A DNA stretch of 63,911 bases, counting the filler, from Trypethelium eluteriae (lineage: Eukaryota): assembly GCA_051942245.1 (NCBI GenBank). It is 5 parts of 5 records of this genome, joined end to end, with 100 filler letters (N's around TTAATTAATTAA, not from the genome) between each part and the next. Parts side by side here need not be neighbours in the genome. Positions count along the whole stretch, not along the records: positions 25,869 to 38,679 come from JAVECL010000753.1; positions 38,780 to 51,578 come from JAVECL010000754.1; 3 more parts are not named here. The stretch is one strand, 5' to 3'. This document shows positions 34,857 through 45,882 of the stretch, in pieces (positions within the stretch are counted from its first letter, which is position 1; every line of letters starts with the position of its first letter). Below the pieces are notes generated by a model. It was not told where the DNA came from. It did not search any database and saw only the letters and a program-made list of their open reading frames with translations. A program made the translations under genes and the position numbers.

Positions 34857-35790
34857 ATGTCTACAGCTACAAATACGGGCACATGGCATGCATCTTTAAC
34901 GTCTCAGTTCACTCCGCCTGCAGCGTGCACCCCAACCGACACTTGGGCCGGGCCAGGATATTCATCACCTCTAATTATACAAAGGGTCATCAAGCAAAGC
35001 TCTTCATGTTTTGCTCCCGGTTGGACCTCTGCACCAGACCCATTTCAGCATGGGGGCAATACATGGACAGGCGCGCCATTGTGTCCAAGTGGTCAGTTGA
35101 CAGGACTGCCAATTGTCGGGTTCGATGGAAAAACCACGGCATTTTGCTGCTCAAGGTGCGCCTTCTTCAGAAGCGGGCTTTCACGACGCGTCACTGACTC
35201 TCTGATGCAGTGGGTGGGGTTACCCGGGTTCGGACATCAATATTGAGAAATCCACCACCTGGTCGTTGTGGAGCTGCGCTACCTCTTTCCCATCAACGAC
35301 TACATCCGTTGGGAGTCCAGTGGGAGATACTGGATCAACACAGCTTACAGGCGAAGGAAGTATAGAATCAACCGCCGAGTACGTCTTTTTCTACGACGAA
35401 AAGGACTTGGCAACTACCTCCACAAGGTCGTCGTCTCAAGCTGCGCAACCGATATCTACAAATTTGCCGACAACCGCCAGCGCGACTGTTACACCCAGTG
35501 CTTCGTCAGAGCCTAGCTCCGGTCTGAGGAGTGGCGCAGAAGCTGGTATAGGGATTGGAGTCGCCGTTGTTGCATTGGTGCTGATTGGTGCAGTCATGCT
35601 ATATTTTCTAAGGAGACGGAAAAGAACAGGGGAAGGAGAAACGGCAGGAGGAGAAGACGGAAATCAGGTGCAAGAGTTAGACGACAACTTACGAGCGGAG
35701 CTACACGGAGGGATGAAACCTCTTGAGCTACAAGGATCTCAAGATACGGCGACAGAGCTCCCTGAAAATCACAGCGGCGCCAGATTGTAA
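34857..35790 (+). CDS. Single-pass S/T-rich membrane protein (Mid2-like architecture); exons about 34857-35155 and 35211-35790
   Basis: LTSQFTPPAAC..CPSG..AFCCS/G Cys domain, S/T stalk, TM segment GAEAGIGIGVAVVALVLIGAVMLYFL followed by RRRKR, and EL-repeat tail. Confidence 0.75.
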
Positions 35791-36481
35791 GATCACCGAG
35801 TACTAATTTCCTGTGAAGGACACTATATGGTATACTCGCTTCTTAGGATAAAAGAAAGGGGTGTCTACGCTCACATCCATACGGCAAAAGGCCAGACCAA
35901 GGTATCCGCGTACGAACAATGCACGGATGACGACACTCATAGCTCCTACGGTAGTACTGTCAAATCTTGCGTCTCTTTGATGGAATCAGCTACATCTTAC
36001 CATGTATTCCGCATCCGTAAATTGAACCTGGAAATGACAATGCTAGAAGACGCCGAATCATTTGCACCAGGCTTCTATCCTTGCACGTTCAGCATGATGA
36101 GGCTCGGCGACGTTGGCCAATACCTCCCTTACATATGAAGATTGGGCCGGTAAAGCTGGTCAGAACGAATTCTTCGGTCAAGATTTCGGTAAAAATACCT
36201 GGAATATACTTCGTGAAAGACTTCGTTATAACGGAATGATATAAAACGATCGATGTGGGAATTTGATGTATTCCTTAGCGTAGATCAGCAGGTCTAGTAG
36301 ATGGGAAGTGACCAAATGAAAGTCCGTATCTTACTCCTGGAGAATACCGATGCTATACGCCGAGAGCCCTTATTCAATGGCAGAGGCAGATAGGTAACAT
36401 CGAACATATGTGTTTTTATGTTATCAAGATGCCTCAAAGCTCTTAATGTGATCAAAATGTATGAATCTAGTAAGTAATTGC

Positions 36482-37498
36482 TTAAGACCCTTGCCCAGGC
36501 TTACTCGGAGCTGGGCCCATGTCTACCTGTTTCTTGATTAAGTCATGTCTCATATTTGCCAACTCCAATGCCAAGATGAACTGACACAAACCAGCACTAG
36601 CAGCATACATCGCGAATACCTGAAACGCCTCTGAAGCGCTGATGAACACCAAAGAAGATAAGACAAGAATGCCAAATACCATGTGGCCGATACTGCAAAG
36701 CGACGCTACCCACAACAAAGCTTCAGAGGGGGCAGTATTCTCACCTGCTGCAGCTGCTCGCAGGTAAAAATTTGACTGTATGGCACACCTGATAGATGGT
36801 CTGTACCCATCTAATAGTCGGACTCGCACAGCAAGCATACCAAGAATATGCACGCCCACCGCGAGAACACTCCAAAGTAATGGCATAAGACGGATAGAAC
36901 ATCGCCAACCTGATATCGTCCGGAAATCAGTATACACGGAGTTATAGGCGTTATTCGCGATTGCTAGAAGAGCCCCCACGTAGCTAAATATTTGTACAAC
37001 AGTTCGGACTATAATCTTTTGACGAGCCAGGTGTGTGCACCATACTCTCGAACTGGTCGATAGGGGCCGAACAAAAGGCTCGCGAAAATCGATACATCTG
37101 AACAGCCGGGCAAAATTGACCGCTGGCGATCCAAGGCCAAGCAAGAATGCAAGCAACGGCTTGTATGTCGAGAGGGCAGCAACTTCTGCTATGGTCGGAC
37201 CGATGTATACTAGGATAGCGGGTGTGAGTCCCAAAAGTACTTGAGCGGACGCAAAATTCGACTGCATCGTGCCTGTGATGTTCTGGAGGAGACAATCAGC
37301 AGCACATGAGCAAGGGTGGGCACATTGGCTCGTCTCCTTGTCGTTCAGATAGTTCATCAGCTCCTGCTGGCAGGGACCGGCTGCTGCTGCTTCTTCTCAG
37401 AATCGTTCGTAGGAAGAAAACCAGTGTTGAAGCTTGAAATGAAGGAGTGCTTGACCGAAAGGGGTGAAGCTCAGAAGGAGAAGCCAGATCGGTTTCAT
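36482..37498 (-). pseudogene. Signal-peptide-bearing multi-TM protein interrupted by one in-frame TGA (37397-37399)
   Basis: MKPIWLLLLSFTPFGQA-LLHFKLQHWFSSYERF*EEAAAAGPCQQELMNY.. continues in the same frame into the 291-aa ORF (ASAQVLLGLTPAIL..LLAFLLGLGSPAV). Confidence 0.7.
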
Positions 37499-38198
37499 GA
37501 TAGTTCAAAGTCCTGGGCTGTATTGATTTTTCTTTCTACCGAATGGCATGTAAGGAATAACTCAGCCGCCTGACACCAATTCGTCCACAGTGTCAGTGTA
37601 CGATGGCGATGCTATTGGATCAAAAGATGAGGTTGGAAGGTGAAGACTGTTTCTGAATTGATTTTTTTACTGCTGTAGAGAACGTAACATTTATAGTAAC
37701 CGATTATGCCAAAGGAGTGGAGCTTACCGCCAGAGAGGGCGAGAGAGAGAAGAGTTTCATGATATCTTTGGCGGTTCTACCCGCAACCTCTGAAACGAGG
37801 CGAATCGCCCGTGGCGCAGCAACAGCATACATAGCCATCTACGTTGTGCCATTGCACATCGGCATGATCGAAGCCGTGCTGCGGTGAAGTTTCCTATTGC
37901 CTAGATTGCCTGTGCAGATTTAATCGTTTAGTTCCAGCCGTGAAAACGAGGGTGACGGCAGTGCGCCAAGGCAGACAAGCTCATCTACATGGGCGAAACT
38001 CTTGCTCCAAGACCGATAAGGATTTGCATCATCAAACGAAGGGGTAAAGTCTCGGCGTAATCATGGAGTTGCTGAAAGTTTTCAGAGGCTGCCCAGTCTG
38101 CATTTGATAAGTTGAGATCAGAAAACTTTGCCGTTCCTGTGTAAGATATCCGCGCCCTCTTCCGACCCTCACAACCCCTCCCCCTACAAGATCGCTTT

Positions 38199-38679
38199 AT
38201 GCCTCTACCGCGAACGACGCAAGCTCGAACCGTCGGCTCATCTTCGTTCGATCCCGATGCTTTTCTCGAAGCCTGGAAGATTGGTCGAATTGGCCCGCCC
38301 AAAGACAATGACCTCCGAACAGCTATTACCGAAGCCTTTGGGTTGAAAGAGAATGACGACTACGTCTATCATGCAATTGCCAGCGTCACATTGGCACAGG
38401 TGCAACAGGCTATCAACGCTGGAGGTGCAAATGGCTTGCATGCATGGTATAGAGACGAGCAGGATCAACATGTACAACCTCCCCACTCTCGCGAGCATGT
38501 CATCTTTTCTCATCCTTTCAACCATAGCATATTGCACGATGAATCCTAAGCAAGATCCTCCACGCAGATACCGCCACCTCCCCCCACCGACATAACCGCC
38601 TACACCTCCATCTTCTCGCCCACAACCTCCACCCCGAAAGCCCTCACCGCCTTCGCCTCCAACGCGAAAAAGGGCTCCC
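38199..38679 (+). CDS. Fungal hypothetical protein, 5' part; runs off the contig
   Basis: ..YVYHAIASVTLAQVQQAINAGGANGLHAWY.., intron at about 38472-38567, then IPPPPPTDITAYTSIFSP..FASNAKKGS. Confidence 0.65.
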
Positions 38680-38779
38680 NNNNNNNNNNNNNNNNNNNNN
38701 NNNNNNNNNNNNNNNNNNNNNNNTTAATTAATTAANNNNNNNNNNNNNNNNNNNNNNNNNNNNNNNNNNNNNNNNNNNN
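38680..38779. other. Artificial contig linker
   Basis: N44-TTAATTAATTAA-N44. Confidence 0.97.
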
Positions 38780-39224
38780 GCCCCCCCTCCATCTTCCTTA
38801 GGAGATAATTCCTTTGGAGATAATAAACCTGGTTATATAAATCCTAAGGAGGATAATAAGGGTAATGTTAAGGATTCTTACTTTAAAGAGGTGCCTGTGG
38901 AGTTATCTTATATAAGGGCAGCGCGGGGATGGGTGGAGTTACCTATCTATTCTTATTAAACCCCTAAGACCTTTATACGGGCCTCTTCTTTCTTATACAC
39001 TGCCTCCCTCTCCTTCAGCAGGTATGTATAAAAATCTTTTTAATCTCTTTTTGCTCCCTTCTTTTTTTTATTAACTGCACAGCCTTTAAATGCCCTATTT
39101 TGTACCTTAAATTATACGCTTTACCTCTACGTGGTATCTAAAATAAGTAGCCCTTAGCCTTTGTATAAAGGCTAAGGGTAAAACTAAAGGAGCGCCCCTT
39201 TATATTATCTTTTTTTATTATACA
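38780..39224. repeat. RIP-mutated repeat abutting the hAT 3' region, possibly a nested LTR end
   Basis: TpA-rich and CpA-poor, no hAT motif recognisable, ends in ..TATACA (TGT.. on the minus strand). Class uncertain. Confidence 0.4.
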
Positions 39225-41505
39225 CATCCTTGGTTTGTGAGATTTTGCCTTAAATCCAGCTTTTTAAGTACTTAGTCTTTTTAATATTTAATAGGCTAAG
39301 CCGCATTTTATCCTAAGTAATTATATAATATGCATTTAAGAAAACTTTCTTAGGCGTATTACTTATTCCTGGGATTAAAAGCATATTTATTGCAAAGTGT
39401 GATAAAATAAGCCAATACTTTTATTATTAATTTTAACACTACTATTGTAAAGCTAAAGCTTTAATAATATTATATGGCACTTTATTACAATACTTATTAT
39501 ACTCATCTTTTTTCTTTTTTTTAATCTTAAGTTTGTTTTAAATATCTGCAAAAATTGTATTGTATGTACTTAGTTACTTTTATTCCTTAGATAAGGATAG
39601 ATCTTAAATATTATTATATAAAATAAATTTAGAAACATTATAGCTATCTTTGAACTAAATCTAAAGAGATTTTACACTTTATAAAGCTGACTATCTTTAA
39701 GTTAAAGGCCATACTTTCTGAATATATTTTGTATAATTACTTGGATAAAGAATAAGTACTGCTGCATAATATAGTAAGCTATTAAAAAGCTTATAATATT
39801 TTGCATATTTATCCTAGCAGTTTTGGATTTACTTTGCAAATTCTTTATTATTGGGCTTAACTTTATGCTTTATTTTAATAAATAAAGCTTTGTATAAAAT
39901 AAAGTAGATGTTTTATTAAAGATGTCTTAATATGTGTTAATAAAATATCTATTACTTAAAGGATTTTATTTAAATGTACTTAATTACCTTCTGTTTTAAG
40001 TATTGCACAACAAAATAGCTCCAAGAAGTTATAAATTATATAAAGCTAATGCCAATTATGTGGATTAAGAATATTAAGTATTAAAGACTTAAAATAATGC
40101 TTTATATACTAATCCACCTCAGCTTTATGCTGTAAAGTTATATCCAGAAGATTCTACTAAAAATTCTATTTTGTATAATTATCCAATAAGATTATTCTTC
40201 TAGCAAGTTGTTTAAACTCTGCTATATAAAGTAGTAAGCTATAGATATGGATAATAATATTGTGCAGCTTTTTAAGAACTCTAAGAGTATAAAATTATTC
40301 TGCCTTCTCTTTTGCTTATATCTTATCTAACTCAGTATTTTTAATCTCTTCTCTTTTATATAAATTAATTATTATTATATTAAGAATACCTTTAAAAAGG
40401 AAGTCTTATATAATAAGATTAATAATATGTTCTTAATAACAAATTTTTTGCTTTTTCTTATCCCAATTAATATTTTTTTCTTGCTTTAAATATCCACTAA
40501 TTATATAATAAAGAGTATTATTTATACTTAAGTTATTTATAACCAAAATACTAAGCTTTTGTATAATCCCATATTCTTAAAGTATAAGAAGAAGAGTTAG
40601 CTATTAATTCTCTCCTAAATATCCGAATGTTGTATAAAGGGCAAAAAGGATATTTTAAGGTTTTAAGTTATTATTAATATAATAAGCATAAACTGCAAAA
40701 AAAAGGTAATTATTTAATAATATCTAAATATTAATAAAAAGGTGGATATTTGTGGATACAGATTAAAGGTCCTATTATATAAGATCTTGTTATTAAGTAA
40801 ATTGCTTTTATATTAAAGAAGTAAAAGCAGTAGGGCTTAAAGGGATTAAAAAAGTTAATACTGGATTTAATATAAAACACAGTGTGTAAAATTTAGGCCA
40901 GGTAAAAAGATAAAAAGGGAGGTTTTATATAACAATAAGATTTACTAATGCAGTTATCAAAACTTCTTTATTTAGAACTTGCTTTAAGATTAAAGTATTA
41001 AACTCATCCATCTTATATAACGCTGTTATAGCATCTTTATATAATTGCGCAAGCTGTGCGTATACAGACTCTTTTAATTATGGTGTATAAAGTTTATTAT
41101 TAATACCATAACTTATATAAAGACAACCTCAGAGGTTTATTATTATAGGTATTAAATATCCACATTCTTTACAGTAAATAAGCTGCTATCTATTTTTAAT
41201 AGTTGGTTTGTCTAAAAGTAGTTCGCGTGTATATTAATGGATATTTAAGGTCTTCTTTTTATCTTTTTGTAAGATAGACTGTTCAGAAGAAGGTGTAACA
41301 ACTGAAGCTTCAGAATTTATCTTTATTTCAGTTTTGTACAGAAATTAGATGGAAGAGTTTTTTAGTGCGGAAGCTAGTCTCAGTACAAGGTAGGGATGAG
41401 ACATAGTTATGGATAATTATGTAATTATTTATGATAATGAATTTACCCTGAATATCATAGAATAGCATAATTAAATGTCATAATTAATTATGCTATTTAT
41501 CTCTG
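39225..41505 (-). mobile_element. RIP-inactivated hAT (Restless/Tfo1-like) DNA transposon
   Basis: Minus-strand stop-riddled motifs: WDKKKQKICY*EHIINLII*DFLF (RIRCxGHIINL); KLHNIIIHI..LDNYTK*N (KLHNIVVHI..DNxTRWN); AVLILYPS; ALQ**C..WLILSHFAINMLLIPGISNTPRKVF (hATC dimerisation). Terminus CAGAG.. at 41505. Extreme AT and TpA bias. Confidence 0.88.
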
Positions 41506-43642
41506 TATTCTCGTATCGTTGTATCGTGCGCAAATTCAACCAGGAAATCTTCAGAACCGGGTTTGCCCTTTTGGACAAGGAGATTGGAGAGGGTCGTCAT
41601 GATGTTGAATGGACCTGGATGAACGGTGGAAATGAAAGCTCTCAGTTCAGAAAAATGTAACGGTCGCTGCGCACAAACCAACCATTTTAGTACTGTGAGC
41701 GCTATGTCCTTTTTCTCGTTTGGAATCTCACGCAATATCAGGGTGTAGACGCCATCCGGGTCCGGAGGAAGCTCGACGAGCGTTTTCTCTATGCTTGCCC
41801 AGTCTTGACTCCGGCCAATTTTCTGCTCGAGAATATCAAGTTGGCGAGCAACTACGAGAATCCTGGAGAGACACCGTTAAACCAGTAGGGTTCGAGGAAA
41901 AAAAGGGCTGACTCACATTCTATCCGGTACAATATGCTGCTTAATCTTATGAGTCCATTCGGGATACTCTTCCAAGAAGTCTTTCAGGTTTTCCTTGAGC
42001 CTGTCATCGATGAGTCTTTGAATGTCTGCATTTACAGCTAACTCTTCCATCGCAAAGTCCGTGAACACCAAGGGTGATTTTCTTTGCAGCAAATCCAGAG
42101 CTCTCCTAATATCGGCCAGTACTGCACCTTCTCTGCAAGATATAAGAACGTTCAAATTATCGATACCAGAAAGACGCGTGAGCATTTTTGTCAGTGCACG
42201 ACTTGTTTCGCTCAGTTCTGTCCGTACTTCTCTTTTCCCACATTCATCAACAGCATCGATGATCAGACAGATCTTTTCCCTGATCTGAACGAGGAAATCA
42301 AGCAGATCGTCGTCGGTCGGTGTTTCTCCTCGAAGGAATTTTCCCATGAAAGTTCGACGGAGATGGTCGTGTCGCTTAGCGCGCAAGTGTTCTTCATCTG
42401 GATTGCAAACACTTCTGACTACATGACGCAGCAGGTCGCTGGCCTGTTGGCTAGCTTGGTTGCGGAAGAAGAAGTAGCAGAGAGTCCCGGATGGATTGCC
42501 ACGTAGATCTGTATTCAAGTGCTTAATTGCGGCGGCACTAATGCTGATCAGTGCTGATCGTAAATCTGGAGAGAAGCAACGTCAGCATACCATAAAAAAG
42601 TTTTGCCAGATCCAGCAATTCCATGCAGAAGGAGGCATTGCCTGGGTCCTTGCCTCCATGCCTTAAATTCACTTGATTCTATAAGCCATTTGCCCGTCCC
42701 TTCAAGATGCCTGAGAGACAATTCAGCAAAGTATTCAGATTGGTCAGAAGTGGAAAGCCAGTCCAGCAAGTCGAGGGTATCCCTTTCACGAGTCACATTC
42801 TTCTGCTCATCGACTGGACTGCGAATTTGCTTGATTGATGTTGAGATGGAGTTTAATTGTTCTTCGGCATGCAAGGACTTTTTCTGTAGAAAATTGAAAA
42901 GGAGTTTCATCGAGCTGTTTTGGTGATGCCGTGAACGGAGAACATGTTCTAGAGTGACAGCGTCCGAGATTCTGCTCTGGCGATCCACAAGTGAGCGAAA
43001 CTTCTTCAATTCGTCGCGGATAGCCGAAGAAGAATCTCCAAACAGGGAGACACTTATTAGACGCTTTGTTTTCGCACGTTTGCGGGGGTCCATTTCGGAG
43101 ATCGCAATAGCGCAAATGTCAACGAGGCAGATGAGAACCTCGTTCGTAGCCTGCAGTAGTTCTACATCCACATCCACATGAGCGAAATCTTCGAGTCTTC
43201 GATAAATCTTGAATGATTGCAGAAAGCAGGCGAGCTCGGCAAACAACTCAGAAGTGGCTTCGTAGAAGGTCTTGATTCTTGTCGGGATACTGCAAAGAAA
43301 GAAAAGAGCATTAAAGCAAAAATCAGCAGTTCCGAATGCCTATGATTCATTCAATTTCCGTTGCCAAGCCTCATGCGTGGGTCTTACTTGAGACACGGCA
43401 AAACTTGCAATTCCACCAAGGACTTGAACACAGGTAAGCACATTTTGCAAGTTTGTAAGGAGTTCACTTCTCTTGCGACGATCATCTTGGGAGCTTTCAT
43501 CTCCATACTTCTTCTCTATTTCATTGAGCACGGATTTCAGGCTTCTTGGTGGTGCAGAATCACGGATAGGTCTGCCAGCCTTGTCCTTGAATCTCGCCTC
43601 TGCGTCTTTCCATAGTTTGTCGAAACTAGACTTGACCTCCAT
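41506..43642 (-). pseudogene. Fungal NLR-like gene (Goodbye-type N-terminal domain plus NACHT), truncated by the hAT insertion; multi-exon
   Basis: N-terminus FDKLWKDAEARF; EGTGKWL..FKAW; Walker A LHGIAGSGKTFL; CYFFF; Walker B LIIDAVDEC; LKWLVCAQRPLHFSEL; VEFAHDTTIREY then abrupt AT-rich transposon DNA. Confidence 0.82.
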
Positions 43643-45882
43643 CAAATTGCGAATGGAACCTCAGGAGCTTTGCAGGGGAAAAAAGTTCGACCTTTTGTGC
43701 GAAGTGTATCTGATGGACATTGAAAGGCAGTGAGGGAGGCAGGAGCCATAAGAGGGATCTGTGTGTGCCCCGATCCATCGTGCTATACTTGAGCCTCATT
43801 CTGTCAATAAAGCCCCAAAAAGTTTCAGGCGCAATGGCTTGTTCGGGTGGAGTAACACTTCACGTATGAGCATGCAAGATGCAAGCCTATAGCGCTGAGC
43901 TGGATACGCGCAGAGCTCATTGGGTGGTCAGATACCAGGCAACAGCTGAAGATCTTGCAGATTTATGCACTCGCAGTGAATAGGTATTGCTGCAACTTTG
44001 ATAGAGTGATCAAGCCAATGGCTCGGAGAAGAGAAGAGACGCGGAGCTCCTGGGAGCTCGAACACGCTACTCTATGGCGTCATCAGTACTCTACCTAGAC
44101 ACGCTAGTAGTACCTGGGCATCCGCTTTGACCGCATCGCGACTCCTCGCGCTGTGGGCTCTAGTAAGTGGAAATATGAAGATAGGACGTGTGCATGAAGT
44201 ATAGAAAACACAGCATCCTTGCTCGCATTATGAGACGATAAGTCATCTGCGAGCTTAGATTGACCAAATGGCTTTACTCGAAGTATGAGTGGCTTTGGCG
44301 CAGATAGCCGATACAACCAATCAGCATCCGCGACACAGGCCTGCTTGTTTCTGGCGGTGAGCGGTACGATATCGCTCCCACACCCCGTTATGAAAGCACT
44401 GGCAACGCAGTCCCTAGATCTTACCTAGGATCTCAACGTCTTATAGACTCCATCATGATGAAATCAGTCAACCGCGCAATAGCTTTGATCTGCCACGACG
44501 TTCCTTCCCGCAAACTCCCTGCTGCTTATCTGCTCCGATGGATACTTTGTGCAAACGCTCAAAATCACAGCATCCTTACGCTCAGCATATACATGGGTCA
44601 ACAAGTTACCCGGATTGCTCAATCTTCCGAAGGACGTATCCGCCGATCCATACTAACTGCAAGTAAGCCATCGCATCCATGACTCACCGTGCTTCCGCCC
44701 GCTCTCGCTCTTCCGTATTCCTTTTGTACTACCGTACGCCTACTTACCTAAGTGGTGCAAATTGGCCTTAGCTTTGGAGTATTCCCAGAGCACCATATAA
44801 AGTTGCTAATAAATTTGTGGCATTTCCTACACCACCTTCATGATTCTTGAACACCTGATTTTCGTCGCTATTTGAAGCAAATCCTCTACTTGTAGATTTT
44901 AATTTTGGTTCATACTGTAGTGTTTTTATAATACGTACACTGTAGGGGACTAGGGGTTACGTCTGTAGAGGTCTCTTTGTGAGGCGCTCTTGATTGAGGA
45001 CGTTGGTGTCAAGATTTATGGGTGTTATGAGGAAGCTGAGATCATATATGGTGGGCTTGGTGTCTCTGAGGCTGAATGAACATGATTTCAGTGTCAAATG
45101 CGGATAGAGATTGATGAAGACATAATGTTGAGGATTAGATAATGACTAAAAACAGGAGCCTACCCTTCACAAGTCGCTCTGCTCTTGAGAACTTTGTGGG
45201 GCTCAAGAGTAGTAGTGAGCGAATTTGCCGCCTTCATCACGGTTTCGAGTCACTTTACCGCAGTAGAGAGGTACAATGATACTGGGTATAGTGTCCTGAG
45301 GGTACTAAGTTGACAATAAGCTTCAGAAATGATATTCATGAGGTTTAGAATAGGTTGTGAGGCTCACATGGATATTCTAAATCACAGTCCCTTAGATCTA
45401 TTACTAATATTACTTAATATTTTCGACGAATTCTAGAGTAAGATTCCTCGATTGGAGCTCAAGGACCAGCCAAGCTACTTGTCTTGGTCCAGACAAGATT
45501 GATGATGCCCATCAGACCAATATACAGTTTTCCCTCCCACGTTACTAACTTTAAAGCTCGAATTGGATGTTCAGCCTACGGAGTTCAATGCCTCCGTATG
45601 GAAGCCTGATTGCTGGATCGAAAGCTAAGACTTGGTGCCCAACGTGCTCCTAGATCCTCTGAGAGACTTGTGTGAAGACCTCAGATACCTAGTGCCAGCC
45701 TTTCACCCTGAGAGTCACCCAATGCCTCCCTCAGCATCAACTTCTGCATCTGCTTGAGCATCTGCGCCACAACTTGGATATGCGGGAGACGAGGAAATCC
45801 AATAACTCGCAACCTCTTACCATCTTCCATGAATCTCTGAGTATAGATAGGTCTCTATCCAACCACTATTTTTTCAAGATTC

